The notes beneath the pieces are model-generated. The model was not told the DNA's origin. It ran no database searches and saw only the letters and a program-made list of their open reading frames with translations. This document shows positions 26,206 to 39,614 of a stretch of DNA of 64,000 bases, one piece after another; position 1 is the stretch's first letter, and every line of letters starts with the position of its first letter. The DNA lies in assembly GCA_951406725.2 (NCBI GenBank), contig OX597828.1:35216001-35280000 (forward strand), written 5' to 3'. The position numbers and the translations under genes are program-made. This DNA is from Octopus vulgaris. Taxonomy: Eukaryota.

Positions 26206-28704
26206 TTTCTAAATTTTTGAATTATGAATCTTTTACAAGTGCATGCACGTATCTACGAAAGCACATGAACATTATGTGTGAGAGAGTGTGCACGTGTTTG
26301 TGCGTGGGCATGTGGATAAGTGTGTGAGTGGGAAGGGGTGAATTTTCATTCTATAATGGAAAGTTCTAGACTGAATGGTGTATAATTGAGTGTGATGTTT
26401 CTTCTAATTATATAGGACATTGAAATTCCTCTGTCATGCATTGGACAGCTTGGGAATGTATGTCAGGCTGACACAATATCAGTGGAGACTGGCAAACGTA
26501 TGTATGACTCTGTGTGCTTGAATGCATCTGCGTGTTATTTTGTGTGTGTGTGTGTGAGTGCATAAATATTCTCTTCTACTCTAGGCTCAAGGCCTGAAAT
26601 TTTGGGGTAGGGGGCCAATCAATTAGATCGAACCCAGTACTCGACTGGTACTAAATTTATTGACCCTGAAAGGATGAAAGGCAAAGTCGACCTCAGTGGA
26701 ATTTGAACTCAAAACATAAAAACAGACGAAACACTGTTAAGCATTTTGCCCAGCATGCTATCGTTTCTTCCAGCTCACCACCTTAACAATATTCTTTTCT
26801 GCTCTAGCCACAAGGCCCGAAATTTTTTGCGGGGGATGGCCAGTCAATTAGACTGACCCCAGTAGCCGACTGGTACTTAATTTATCAACTTTGAAAGGAT
26901 GAAAAGCAAAGTTGACTTCGGTGGAATTTGAACTCAGAACATAACGACAGACGAAATACTGCTAATCATTTTGCCCGGTGTACTAACGTTTCTGCCAGCT
27001 TGCCGCCTTCGAGTAGGGATACAAACATTAATGTGTGTGTGTGTGTGTGTGTGTGTGTGTCTGCAAACAAATGTGCATATTTCTGTGAGGGTGTCTGAGT
27101 GATTATGTGCTCTTACGTTCATATTCAGCAGAAAATTCTAGAAGTGGATCAAGGGCCCTTAGTTTAATACATGGCTCTTGTGAAGTTTGGTAAGTGTGAT
27201 ACACGAAATTCTTGGCCCTTGAGTTATTTTCATAACTTTCTGCTCATTACAAATCATGGTTTCAAATTTTAGCACAAGGCCAGCAATTTCAAGGAAATAC
27301 TTAACTAGTACTTATTGTAACAAACCCCAAAGGGTGAAAGCCAAAGTTGACCTCAACGGAGTTTGAACTCAGAACATAAAGATGGATCAAATGCCGCTGA
27401 GCATTCTTGCCTGGCATGTTGAAGATTCTGGCAGCTTGCTGCTTCATCTCATCATCCTCACCATCATCGTCGTTTAACGTCCACTTTCCATGCTGGCATG
27501 GGTTGGATGGTCTGACTAGAGCTGGTAGGCTGAGTGGCTGCACCATGTTCCAGTCTAATTTGGCAAGGTTTCTACAGCTGGATGCCCTTCCTAATGCCAA
27601 CCACAAAAAGTACCATGCTCGAATGGTACTTTTTATGGGCCACCAGCACAAGTGCCACTCAGGCAGCACTGGTATCGACCATGCTCAAGAGGTGCTTTTT
27701 ATGTGCCACAGCATGGGTGCCAGTCAGACAGCACTGGCATCAGCCATGCTCAAATGGTGCTTTTCATGTGCCACTAGCAGAAGTGCCAGTCAGATAGTAC
27801 AAAATAATCCTCTTTACTAGAGGCACAAGGCTGGAAATTTGGGGGAGGAGTCTATTTGATTACATTGATCCTAGTACTCGGCTGGTACCTATTTTATCAA
27901 TCCCAAAAGGATCAACCCCATAAGGATGAAAGGCAAAGTCAACCTCTGAGGAATTTGGTCTCAGAATGTAAAGACAGACAAAATTCTGCTTAACACTTTG
28001 CCTGGAATGTCAATGGTTCTGCCTTATCTGATTATAAATAATAAAAATATATTTACTCATTTAGTAAGTTCTATTTTCCTTATTTGTTCTAAAAAGCCAT
28101 TGGTGTTTTTAATGTGCCATGGCATGGGTGCCAGTCAGGCAACACTGGCATTAGTGCCAGGGCCACATAAAAGGCACCCAGCACATTCTGTAAATAAAGT
28201 AGTTGATATTAGGAAGGGCATCCAGCCATAGAAACCATACCAAAACATAGAAGCTATACCAAAATTGGGGCCTGGACAGGTCTGACAAGAACAGACAAAT
28301 ACACATCATCATCATCATTTAACATTCCGTTTTCCCATGCTGGCATGGGTTGGATGGTTCAACAAGAACAGACAAGCTAGAGGGTTGTACCAGATTCTAC
28401 ATCTGTTTTGGCATGGTTTCTGCAGTTGGATGCCCTTCCTAATGCCAACCACTTCACAGACTGTACTGGCTGTCTTTATGTGGAACCAGCAACAGTGAGG
28501 TTATCTACACAGGACCCTTCAACTGATTGGGATACAAAATGGAAGGATAAGAAACTAGGATAGAAGGGTAGTGGCAGGTGTCTCGCTGAAGAGAGATAGA
28601 GAGAGAGATTTGAGGTTGAAGAACAAGGTGAGTATGAGAGAAAGAATAGTATAATAATGTATTTGTGTATGTATGTATGTATGTATGTAAAAATTCCTCA
28701 ATAA

Positions 28705-29262
28705 AGACAGGAACTGCAGCTGGTAATTGGGAGAGGGAGGCACAAGACCATGATGGATGGCGGAAGATAGTGTATGATGGCTGTTCAAGGTTTGAGAGAT
28801 AGAGAGTGAAGTATGAGAGAATTAGGAGGGGCTTTAGAAGGGGGGAACCTGTAGAGAGTGAGAAAGTGTTGCTTTTTATGTGTGTGGTTTGAGTCGTGCA
28901 GGCCTGGTGAGCTATCAAAATTCTCATAGAAATCGCCCCATGATAAACAATGATGTGGCTATTAAAATGCATAACAGAATGTGTGCAAAATGTGGAAGGG
29001 TGTGCCTCTCAGTTGGAGGTCTAAAAAGACATGTTAAGAGAGTGCATATGGTGGTAACTATTTCTCCTCCCAGCCAGCACAGTTGTCTAGTATGTAATAA
29101 AATGTGTCAAAGCTTGGCCAGGCTTAAAAGTCATATAAGGGCATCACATGGCAACAATCATGAATCATTTCAGTAAGTCTTCTTGGCAATGGCTTTTCTC
29201 ATGTAACGAGGATGTGGCTGTCATGTCATGTATGTATGTATGTATGTATGTATTTATGTATG
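28705..29262 (+). mobile_element. RTE-like LINE C-terminus with tandem C2H2 zinc fingers and (TATG)n tail
   Basis: NWEREAQDHDGWRKIVYDGCSRFER*...SRAGLVSY..CAKCGRVCLSVGGLKRHVKRVH..CLVCNKMCQSLARLKSHIRASH. Contains a stop and a frameshift; (TATG)n on both sides. Confidence 0.7.
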
Positions 29263-29429
29263 TATTGTTTTTCTCTTTTTGATTTAAAATTAGTTTTTGA
29301 CTGTCCACCTGTTTGATGGCAAGATTGAAAAGGAGAGCATCTTGTTTTGTTCCTCATCCTTTAAATCCCGAGAAAGTCTTGCAGATTTTTATATTGTCTC
29401 AGATATCATGATCTTTTTTAGTTTGTGAA

Positions 29430-29543
29430 CTAAGGAGTTGCATTCTCCCCCGAATTACCATACCCTACACGAGGCAGGCTGGTTGGTATGTATCCAGTTG
29501 CTCCAGAAATAATAGATATGAAGCAGCAGGTGTATATATGCAT
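29430..29543 (-). CDS. Candidate alternative exon, ...GATGYIPTSLPRVGYGNSGENATP*
   Basis: Acceptor CATCCTTTCATAG| (phase 0, start 29543), or a weaker TATTTCTGGAG| (phase 1, start 29500) in the same frame. Internal ATG|GTAATT donor possible. Confidence 0.25.
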   Translation of the reverse strand: MHIYTCCFISIISGATGYIPTSLPRVGYGNSGENATP

Positions 29544-29565
29544 CTATGAAAGGATGAATGCATGT

Positions 29566-29611
<46 letters not shown>

Positions 29612-30436
29612 TCCGGTGTTTGTGTAAGTTTGCATCGTGTTGTCCTTATATGTGTTCACTGACTGTAATAAAAAAAAGACACTACCTTGTTATCAATAAA
29701 GTAGCGTTGTATGCTTGCAATTAACTGTCAAAGCATGTCAAGGCCTTTTGGCATGTCTAGACATGCGGCGTGATCTTTGTAAACAAAGAGGCTAGCAACT
29801 AGATTTAGGTTGTCCATTGTTTAACAGACTTAGAGATTATGACCTTGCTTGAATACAGGTGAGGGTTGGTGGCAGGAAGGGCATCCAGCCTTAAGAAAAT
29901 CTGTTTTACCAAATGCTTCTTGACCCATGAAAGCATGGAAAAGTGGACATTATAAGAATCCTTTCTACTAAAGATACAAGGCCTGAAATTTGATGGGAGG
30001 GGCTATTCGATTATATTAACCCCAAAGTGTAACTGATATGAATTTCATTGACCCTGGAAGGATGAAAAGCAAAGTCAGCTTTGGCAGAATTTGAACTCAG
30101 GATGTAAAGATGGACAAAATGCTATTAAGCATTTTGTCCAGCGTGCTAATGCTTCTGCCAGCTTGCCTCCTTAGTGGACATTATGATAATCCTTTCTATT
30201 ACAGACATTAGGTCCGAAATTTGGGGGTGGGGGAAGTCAATTTGGGGGAGGGGACAGTTGATTACATCAACTCAAGTGTTCAACTGGCACTTATTTTATC
30301 GATGCTAAAGTCAACTCAGGCGGAATTTGAACTCAGTACATAAAGACGGACGAAATTCCACAAAATATTTTACCAGGTGTGCTAACGATTCTGCCACCTC
30401 ACTGCCTTAGTGGACATTATAATAATGTTAATCATA

Positions 30437-30598
30437 GGCGCAGGCATAGCTGTGTGGTAAGTAGCTTGCTTACCAACCACATGGCTCTGGGTTCAGTTCC
30501 ACTGTATGGCACCTTGGGTAAATGTCTTCTACTATAGCCTCAGGCTGACCAAAGCCTTGTCAGTGGATTTGGTCGACAAAAACTGAAAGAAACCCGTC

Positions 30599-30641
<43 letters not shown>

Positions 30642-30822
30642 TCCCCACCATTGCTTGACATCCGATGTTTGGTATGTTTACATCCCTGTAACTTAGCAGT
30701 TTGGCAAAAGAGACCGATAGAATAAGTACTAGGCTTACAAAGAATAAGTCCTGGTGCCAATTTGTTTGACCAAAGGCAGTACTCCAGCATGACCACAATC
30801 AAATGACTGAAACAAATAAAGG
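30437..30822 (+). mobile_element. SINE family A, full-length
   Basis: Same architecture as 6484-6862. Confidence 0.9.
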
Positions 30823-31159
30823 AAATATTGATTATGATGATATATTTGTTTCTCTCCCCACTACTCAAAATCTTCCATACCCACATCAAAAGGATCAAAA
30901 GTCCTTCCTGAGCCATATGCACCAAAGGCCATATATACATATATATATAATCCCCCACCAGATGGTAAGACACTGGCCCTTTGCAGGATCACTCATTTTT
31001 GCCTACAGAGTGGACTGGACCAGCATGAAGTGAAGTGTTTTGTTTAACAATACAATGCGTCTCCCAATCCAGGAATTGAAACCATAATCTTAGGATCTTG
31101 AGTGTCTTACTAGACCATGTGCCTCCAAAGATATCAACATCATATATAACACACACAGA

Positions 31160-31461
31160 GGCACAATGGCCCAGTGGTTAGGGCAGCGAACTCGCGGTCA
31201 TAGGATCGCAGTTTCGATTCCCAGACCGGGCGTTGTGAGTGTTTATTGAGCGAAAAACACCTAAAAGCTCCACGAGGCTCCGGCAGAGGGGGGTGGGGGT
31301 GATCCCTGTTGTACTTTTTCACCACTCTTTCTCTCTTTCTTCTGTTGGCCTGCTCGCTTAGCCAGCGGGGTGGTGTCATTTGAAGTCTAAAACAGTGCGA
31401 ACGCATTGTGACCAGCGATGTGTAAAACATCTGATGGTCTGGTCAGTCACGTGATCACGGG
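31160..31461 (+). mobile_element. SINE family C with target-site duplication
   Basis: Matches the 21566 copy; flanking direct repeat ATATAACACACACA. Confidence 0.85.
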
Positions 31462-31538
31462 ATATAACACACACACGCACACACACACACATACACATTG
31501 ACCCATCTTGCTACAACAACTGCTGTACAAAATGAAGA

Positions 31539-31675
31539 TTAATATAAAATCCATCTTCTGGCTGTTAGTTTCTCAACTAATACTGCGGAAGTTGCTGAAG
31601 TAGATCCAATGGTAATATACCCCAACTGCAGATGACACCAGGCAGGCCCAAGCTGTAGCAGTACTTTACTCAATA
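31539..31675 (-). CDS. Candidate terminal exon (phase 1), (V)LSKVLLQLGPAWCHLQLGYITIGSTSATSAVLVEKLTARRWILY*
   Basis: Canonical branch point ACTAAC (31708-31703) ~27 nt before GTGTTGCAG|. Phase-1 frame is open for 44 codons; the other two frames stop within 3 codons. Confidence 0.4.
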
Positions 31676-32029
31676 CTGCAACACACCAATCGACATATAC
31701 CCGTTAGTCCAAAATATTAAATTGTCATCGTCATCATCATCATCATCATCGTCGTCGTCGTCGTCGTCGTCGTCATCATTGTCATCGTTTAACGTCTGCT
31801 TTCCGTTCTTACGTGGGTTGGACGGTTTGACTTAGGACTGGCAAGCCAGAAAGCTGCACCAGGCTCCAATCTTGATCTGGCAAGGTTTCTACAGTTGGAT
31901 GGCCTTCCTAACACCAACCACTCAGTAGAATGTAGTGCGTGGTTCGCGCATGAACATTATATACATATATATATATAGATATACACACACACACCACACC
32001 TCTCACACACATATATAATGTAACCACGT

Positions 32030-32219
32030 GTGAATCGCTGGTGATTTTCTTCCTCCATCTTCTCTTCTTTAGGACTTTCCTCTTTTTCTGAAGAAGAGCT
32101 TTGCTCAAAACGTTAAATCCTCTTTCTTTCCTTTCCTGAGTGTCTGATAATCCATTACTTGTAACACGTCCTCACGTTGTTGTTTTTTCTTGTTTGTTCT
32201 TCTTTGTTTGATTTCACTA

Positions 32220-32220
<1 letters not shown>
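32030..32220 (+). mobile_element. Penelope-like terminal fragment with degenerate minimal hammerhead
   Basis: TTT-CTGAAGA-AGAGC(TTT)GCTC-AAAAC-GTT-AAA; related to the copy at 21895. Confidence 0.55.
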
Positions 32221-32269
<49 letters not shown>

Positions 32270-32823
32270 TATAATATATACAGTATATATTGATAGATTT
32301 GTAGATATATACATGTACATACATATATATATATATATCGAAATACATTGCAACACCTTGTGTGCTTTTGAATGGCTAAAATATCTTTCTTTACCGCAAT
32401 ATAAAGGAATCGTGATTTTAGATAAACAGACAAAGAAACAACACCACCATGACCACCACCACCAAAATAGATAAATAGGTATTTTCTGTTCTTTCATTTC
32501 CTGACAAGTTCTGGGAAATTCCAATGAAAGGAACATATAAGTGTTGGTATTGTGTTGTTTGGCAACTTAGATTTCATGGAAGCAAAAGACAAGATTCTCT
32601 ATTCTCTAAGAAGCCAGGTAAATCGGTGCTAAAATCTTTGGATTTCTATCCAAGTTGTCAAGTGATCAACAATATTTATTTTGTCAGATCTAAGTCGATG
32701 TTTGTTAATTAAACACAGTATGACTGATTGCTCAAGGAGATATGGAGATATTTTTATTGCTGTTCTTTTTGTTATCGTTGTAGTTTTTGTTGTTCAGCTC
32801 CAAGTCGGGCCTGATTGAACAAA

Positions 32824-32854
<31 letters not shown>

Positions 32855-32861
32855 TAATAAT

Positions 32862-33188
32862 ATTGGGTTGTCTAGAAAGATTGTGCCGATTTATAGTAGC
32901 TTACCTTTCGACTAATTTTAAAACATAGTTGAGTCGATAAAATAGGATTTGACTACACCTCCATTTAGAGCACAGTTTAAGCTATCTTTTGGTGGAAGAA
33001 GGTTTATGTTCGTATGACCTGATTGGCTAAAATTACCCAAATTTTGCAAACTTTAAAAGCTTTTGACATTTTAGTAATTAATTTATGGCAAAAATGAATT
33101 TCATTTTCATAATTAGCACACAGAAGTAAATTGGTATAATCAAATTTGAAAACAATTAGAACAACATTGGAATAAAATTTGTAATCTG
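32862..33188 (+). mobile_element. Mariner-like 5' terminal fragment
   Basis: TATTGGGTTGTCTAGAAAG start, typical of mariner TIRs; truncated by a SINE; no partner TIR seen. Confidence 0.45.
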
Positions 33189-33599
33189 CGACACAGGAGT
33201 GGCTGTGTGGTAAGTAGCTTGCTTACCAAGCACATGGTTCCTGGTTCAGTCCCACTGCAAGGCACCTTGGGCAAGTGTCTTCTACTATAGCCCCGGGTTG
33301 ACCAAAGCTTTGTGAGTGAATTTGGAAGATGGAAACTGAAAGAAACACATCGTATGTGTATATACATGTGTGTGTGTGTGTGTGTGTGTGCGTGCATGTG
33401 TGTGCGTGTTTGTGTGTCTGTGTTTGTTCCCCCCCACCATTGCTTGACAATTTAACTTAGTGGTTTGGCAAAAGAGGCCTATAGAATAAGTACTAGGCTT
33501 ACAAACAATAAGTCCTGGGGTCGATTTGTTCGACTAAAGGCAATACTCCAGCATGGCCACAGTCAAATGACTAAAACAAAAAAAGAACTAAAAAGATCA

Positions 33600-34670
33600 A
33601 AAAGCAGCAAGACCAGACAGCGATGATAGCCAAAAATACATGACCTGTACACAGGATACGAGAGGAAATGATAGAAAAGTGACCAGTAAAAAGGGACATA
33701 TGGAGGAAAGGATGAATAAAGTGGCATGTCAGTAGTGTTGATATATTTCAAGAAGTATAGAATTTTTGAAGGATTTAGATGTCCTGACATCTAACTTGAT
33801 GTAAGTAGTTTATTCCATGTTTTGACAACTCTGACCTTGAAAGAATGTTTATGAAAGCCATGGACCCAGCACTGTTTCTTTTTTTAGTTTTATAAGCCTG
33901 TCCACGGATGGTATAGATATTCTTTTCTACTCTAGGCACACGGCCTGAAATTTTGGGGGAGGGACCCAGTCAATTACATCGACCCCAGTACACAACTGGT
34001 ACTTAATCTATTGACCCTGAAACAATGAAAAGCAAAGTCGACCTCGGCAGAATTTGAACCCAGAACGTAAAGACAGATGAATGGGTGGTATATATATTCT
34101 TTTCTACTCTAGTCACAAGGCCCGAAAGAATAGATTATAACATAATCTTTTCTACTCTAGGTACAAGGCCTAAAATTTTGGGGAAGAGGGCCAGTCAATT
34201 ATACCGACCCTAGTATGCAACTGGTAATTAATTTATTGACCCCGAAAGGATGAAAAGCAAAGTCGACCTAGGCAGAATTTGAACTCAGAACGTAAAGATA
34301 GATGAATGGGTGGTATAGATATTGAATTCAAAATGATTGCTTAAGTTGTTATTGAAAAGATGGTGGATGATCTTGTGGGCTTCTTCCAAGTCAGTTGTTA
34401 GATCTCCAAACTTTTGCATGTTAATGTCCAGAGAAGCAAGTGAGTGATGGAGAGTATTCGTCTGGTTGCACACCTCTAGATAGCTTCCTGTAGATCAATA
34501 TTCTGGACAAGATGGAGGTTCCGGATGGAAGATGCTATCTATGAGTATGGACTTTTATCATAGCCATATACAGCTCTAAATAGACAGCTGGTTGGTGCCA
34601 AACAAGTGCCTTACTTTCCGATACTTAGGTAACTCTTGGACGTTTTTATAGTATTGAAATGTGGAACAGC
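33600..34670 (-). mobile_element. Degenerate CR1-clade LINE 3' end interrupted by SINEs at ~33920-34305
   Basis: SLASLDINMQKFGDLTTDLEEAHKIIHHL... and RGQAYK...RVVKTWNKL. Confidence 0.65.
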
Positions 34671-34980
34671 AGGAGCTTGATTATAATGGTGGTGGTGGTG
34701 GTGGTGGTGGTGGTGGAGAGGGTTCAGTCATTCCAGGATGCAGATGGGATGGGATGCTGTGATGAGATGCAAAATTTCAGTCGACCTATCATGAAAAGTG
34801 TTTCTGCTTCGCACCCTCATCCACAGCTGACAACCCTTGTCCCACCACTGGATTGACCTAGAGTTTAAACACCACTACTCTGCTATCATCACCAACAACA
34901 ATGTCAACAAGAATTGAAGTGGTTACATGAAGGTTAAGCGGTGAAGGAAGGTCAAGACATGATGACTAAATGTATAGAAA

Positions 34981-35054
34981 CTAAAACCAGGAAGAGAACT
35001 CAGACAGCATCCAAGATAATGGTGCTTGTATTGTTTGTTCTTTGAGTACACCAG
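34981..35054 (-). CDS. Candidate terminal exon, (A)GVLKEQTIQAPLSWMLSEFSSWF* if phase 1
   Basis: Strong acceptor TGTCTCTTTATCATTTCCAG|. Frame is ambiguous: phase 0 gives LVYSKNKQYKHHYLGCC... (43 aa). Confidence 0.35.
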
Positions 35055-35092
35055 CTGGAAATGATAAAGAGACAATGTTCAGAGGTGAAAGA

Positions 35093-35770
35093 CTTTTCTT
35101 TTCTTTTTTCTTCTCTTTTTCTTTCATCACCATCTTTATCTTCACTGTTTTCTTCCTTTTTCTTCTTCATTCTTCTCTTTCATTCATTTTCTGCAGTCTT
35201 CATTTTCTTCTTCGTCCTTTACGTCTTCAATTCTTCTTTGTTCTTCTACTTCATTCATCTTCTTCGCCTTCTGCACCTGTTCTCTTCTTCTTTTTCTTCT
35301 ACTTCTCCTTCTCCTCCTTCTTCTTCTTCTTCTTCTTCATCTTCTTCTTTTTCTACTTCTTCTCCTTCTCCTTCTTCTTCTTCTTCATCTTCTTCTTTTT
35401 CTACTTCTTCTCCTTCTCCTCCTTCTTCTTCTTCTTCTTCTTCTTCATCTTCTTCTTTTTCTTCTACTTCTTCTCCTTCTCCTCCTTCTTCTTCTTCATC
35501 TTCTTTTTATACTTCTTCTCCTTCTCCTCCTTCCTTCTTCTTCTTCATCTTCTTCTTTTTCTTCTACTTCTTCTCCTTCTCCTCCTTCTTCTTCTTCTTC
35601 TTCTTCATCTTCTTTTTCTCCTCCTCCTTCTTCTTCTTCTTCTTCTTCATCTTCTTTTTCTCCTCCTCCTTCTTCTTCTTCTTCTTCTTCATCTTCTTTT
35701 TCTCCTCCTTCTTCTTCTTCTTCTTCTTCTTCCTCCTCCTCCTTCTCCTCCTCTACCCCTTCCTCTTCAC
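35093..35770. repeat. ~680-bp TTC/CTC polypyrimidine tract with higher-order units
   Basis: Recurrent units such as TTCATCTTCTTCTTTTTCTACTTCTTCTCCTTCTCC and TTCATCTTCTTTTTCTCCTCCTCC. Confidence 0.95.
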
Positions 35771-36508
35771 CCACTTCCACCATCCTGTGGAACTAGCTGA
35801 AAGACAGATGTCCTGATATACAATGACAATAGCAACATAAATACTTGACAATCGGACTTGGAGAGAGATGAATAGATTACAAAACACAATCAACTTGAAT
35901 TGGAATCGGAAAGTAAAATAGATTGGACCATTGTAAAGGAAGGAGATGGGGAATCTAGAGTTGTAATTGGAGCATTAGAAGTGGTTTGCTAAAAAATTTC
36001 AAAGAGTTAAAAGAAGATGATTAAACATCTAAGAACTGGCACACGTTTTGGAACACTTCCAGAATGAAGGCTTTTTTTCTTTGAAAGGACTAGGCTATTG
36101 AAACAAAAACTCATCAGTTAACACGCAAAGTCCTTAAGGTTATTGATTAGAGACCAATTTTCAAAGAAATTGCAGACATGTGAGACATCATAAAACTGAA
36201 GTGAAAATAGCAACAATAAAAAAGACAAAAAAAAAGAAAGAAAAAAGAAAAAGTAAAAAAGGAGTAAAAACATAAAACATAATAATCATAATGGTTTCCA
36301 ATTTTAGTACAAGGCCAGCAATTTTAACGAAGAGGATTATGTTGATTACTCTGCCCTTCATCATTTCCTGCTCAACTTGTATTTATGTTATTGGCCTGAA
36401 AGAACGAAAGGCGAAGCTGACTTTAGCAGAATTTGAACTCAAAACATAAAGAATGCTGCTAAGTATTTTGTCTGATAAGCTAATGATTCTGCCAAGGCAC
36501 CACCCTGC

Positions 36509-36526
36509 ATAATAATAATAGTAATG

Positions 36527-36566
<40 letters not shown>

Positions 36567-36599
36567 TGATGATGATAATAATAATAATAAAAACAATAA

Positions 36600-36664
<65 letters not shown>

Positions 36665-36678
36665 TAATAATAATAATA

Positions 36679-36719
<41 letters not shown>

Positions 36720-36720
36720 A

Positions 36721-36761
<41 letters not shown>
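36509..36761. repeat. Compound (AAT)n(AGT)n(GAT)n microsatellite
   Basis: Direct reading. Confidence 0.95.
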
Positions 36762-37064
36762 CCTTTCTGAGTGTTGGGCCTCACAGAGGCAATGACCAAG
36801 ACCTTTGGCATTATGTCATGCTTGAGAAGAAAAACCCAGCAAGCCCAGAAAAAACAATCATGGCAAATACTGATGTCATGCAAATGGCACCCGTGCCGGT
36901 GTGGCATGTAAAAGCACCCAATACACTCTTGAAGTGGTTGGCATTAGGAAGGGCATCCAGCTGTAGAAAGCCATGCCAAATCAGACTGGAGTCTGGCGTA
37001 GCCTTCTAGCATGCCAGCCTGGTCAAACCGTCCAACCCATGGCAGCATGGTCAACAGACGTTAA

Positions 37065-37110
<46 letters not shown>

Positions 37111-37433
37111 CTATAGGCACAAGGCTTGAAATTTTGGAGTGGAGGGGGACTAATCGATAACGTAACCCCCCAGGAACCAATTGGTTCTTATTCCATTGAC
37201 ACCCAAAAGGATGAAAGGCAAAACTTGACCTTGGGCAGCACTTGAAGTCAGAATGTGGAGATGGATGAAATGCCACTAAGCATTCCATTCGGTCAATGTG
37301 CAAATGACTTTACCAGCTCGTGAGCTTTTTCTTACTTTTACATCAAAGATTTCTGATGATAAGAATAATTTTTGCTCTATCCAGATACAGTCACCTAAGA
37401 ATAGTTTGTTGGCCTTTATTTGAATTATTCATA

Positions 37434-37483
<50 letters not shown>

Positions 37484-37643
37484 CACATACATTTACATGT
37501 GTGTATACATACATTCATGCATGCCTCTATCATTCAAAATCTATTCAAAGAAGTTTTCAAGTTTTTCAGTTTAGTTTGTGTTATTTCCATTAAAAAAAAA
37601 GTGTTGCTGATTTTTCAAAGCTATGTGTGCATATGTGAGTGTG

Positions 37644-37700
<57 letters not shown>

Positions 37701-37887
37701 GTGTGTGTAGGGGTTGGGCCACATAAAAAGCACTCAGTACTCCATGTAAAGTGGTTGGCATTAGGAAGGATATAAAGTCGTAGAAACCAAACCAAAACAG
37801 ACTAAGAACCCTGGTGCAGCTCCTGTCAAGCCATCCAATCCAGGCCATCATGGAAAATAGATGTTAAATGATGATGATGACGACGAC

Positions 37888-37918
<31 letters not shown>

Positions 37919-38064
37919 GTATATAGGTTATTATCTTGCAGTCTGTTTCTAGTATAGTTCTTCGATTGATACAATATAGTGTTACTGGTTATGATACAGA
38001 GAGCAAATATGTGGGATAAACAGTAATAAAAAAATCCAGTCCATCTCATTAGTTCCCTACATAC

Positions 38065-38087
38065 GTTTCGTTGTTGTGGCTGTTTAA
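38065..38087 (-). CDS. Candidate 23-nt microexon (phase 1 to 0), (V)KQPQQRN
   Basis: Acceptor GGTTTTCTGTTGTAG| and donor AAC|GTATGT. Unique sequence. Confidence 0.45.
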
Positions 38088-38159
38088 CTACAACAGAAAA
38101 CCATCAATGGTGAAACTTGAGTAGTCATTTTATGATATAAACTGGTATTTATCACAATT

Positions 38160-38195
<36 letters not shown>

Positions 38196-38224
38196 TAAAA
38201 TAGTTTGATTTGGTTCCAACTACT

Positions 38225-38262
38225 TCAAGGTTTCCACGCCCCTGACAGGACCCCGACACCTT
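38225..38262 (-). CDS. Candidate short terminal exon (phase 1), (E)GVGVLSGAWKP*
   Basis: GC-rich unique island after TCTCTCCATTTGGCATTCTTGAAGCCAG|. Acceptor of moderate strength. Confidence 0.25.
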
Positions 38263-38379
38263 CTGGCTTCAAGAATGCCAAATGGAGAGATCCATACACA
38301 CATACATACACACATACACACATACACACATACACACATACATACACACATACATACACACACATACATACATACATAC

Positions 38380-38430
<51 letters not shown>

Positions 38431-38584
38431 CATATGCATACATACATATTTGTGGTTTAATCTTAATTAATCTGGATTTTTATTGCAGCACAATAGATAT
38501 CCACACAGCTTTTGTTCTTCTGTAAACTGACTTCAATCTCTCTCTCTCCCTCTCAATCTTACTCTCTTTCTCTCTCTCTCTCAC

Positions 38585-38618
<34 letters not shown>

Positions 38619-39007
38619 ATGTTTTATTGCATTATTTATTTTCGTTTCATTTCATTTTATTATTTTCATGTTTCTATATACATTTCCATATAATAATAGA
38701 TTTCAGTAAATTAATTCCTTTCTCTAACCTTCTCTGCCAATCTCCATTCTCTCTCTCTCTCTCCCTCTCTCTCCCCCAATGTCTTTTCATTTCTATCGTT
38801 ATTGTTCTGGCTACTCACTGCACTTGCTTCTGACTTTGTTCTCTTCAAAGTTTTCTTTTTTTTTTTTGCTTTTCTCACAACTTCATAGAAGTCTCACTCC
38901 ACTCAAGCAGATTAAGAAGAAACAAAAGCCCTCATAAACATGCAGTTGTACACACACACACATGGAATATATATATATATATACATATATGTATGTATAT
39001 ATATATA

Positions 39008-39072
<65 letters not shown>

Positions 39073-39102
39073 ATGTATAGATATGTAACATATGGTACAA
39101 TT

Positions 39103-39148
<46 letters not shown>

Positions 39149-39253
39149 TGATAAATAGATAGATGTAAAGGTAAGAGTAGGAAGAGAAAGATTATACATG
39201 AAAATTTCTTGTGCATATATTTCTTATGTGTTTGTGAGTGCACGCATATTTGC

Positions 39254-39306
<53 letters not shown>

Positions 39307-39614
39307 GGAGAAAGAGAGAGAGCGAGAGAGAGGCAGCTATATATCTATATATATATATCTATACTTGTACATGCTAGTGTATACATATGCACACACACAT
39401 ACGCTTACATATATATATATATATATATATATATGTTTATATCATACTCAAACCCACACATCTTTTTCTTTACTTTTATTTTCAATCCAGTAACATGATT
39501 TTGTTTCACTTTCTTTCTCTTTTCCTTTTTTTCTGAGGTTTTTTTTCTAGCATGTATATACTCAATCATAAAGCTAACTAAACCAAAGTTCAGACACACA
39601 ACTGCATTTGACTT

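Noticed and set aside
28880-29176. C2H2 zinc-finger ORF as a host gene
   Set aside because: Continuous with an RTE-type C-terminus, has an upstream stop and frameshift, and ends in a simple-repeat tail.
35042-35816. 252-aa F/S-rich and poly-Glu ORFs
   Set aside because: Translations of the TTC/CTC repeat.
35800-36130. Possible second Dong-like 3' remnant on the plus strand (VVIGAL)
   Set aside because: Too degenerate to support without an alignment.
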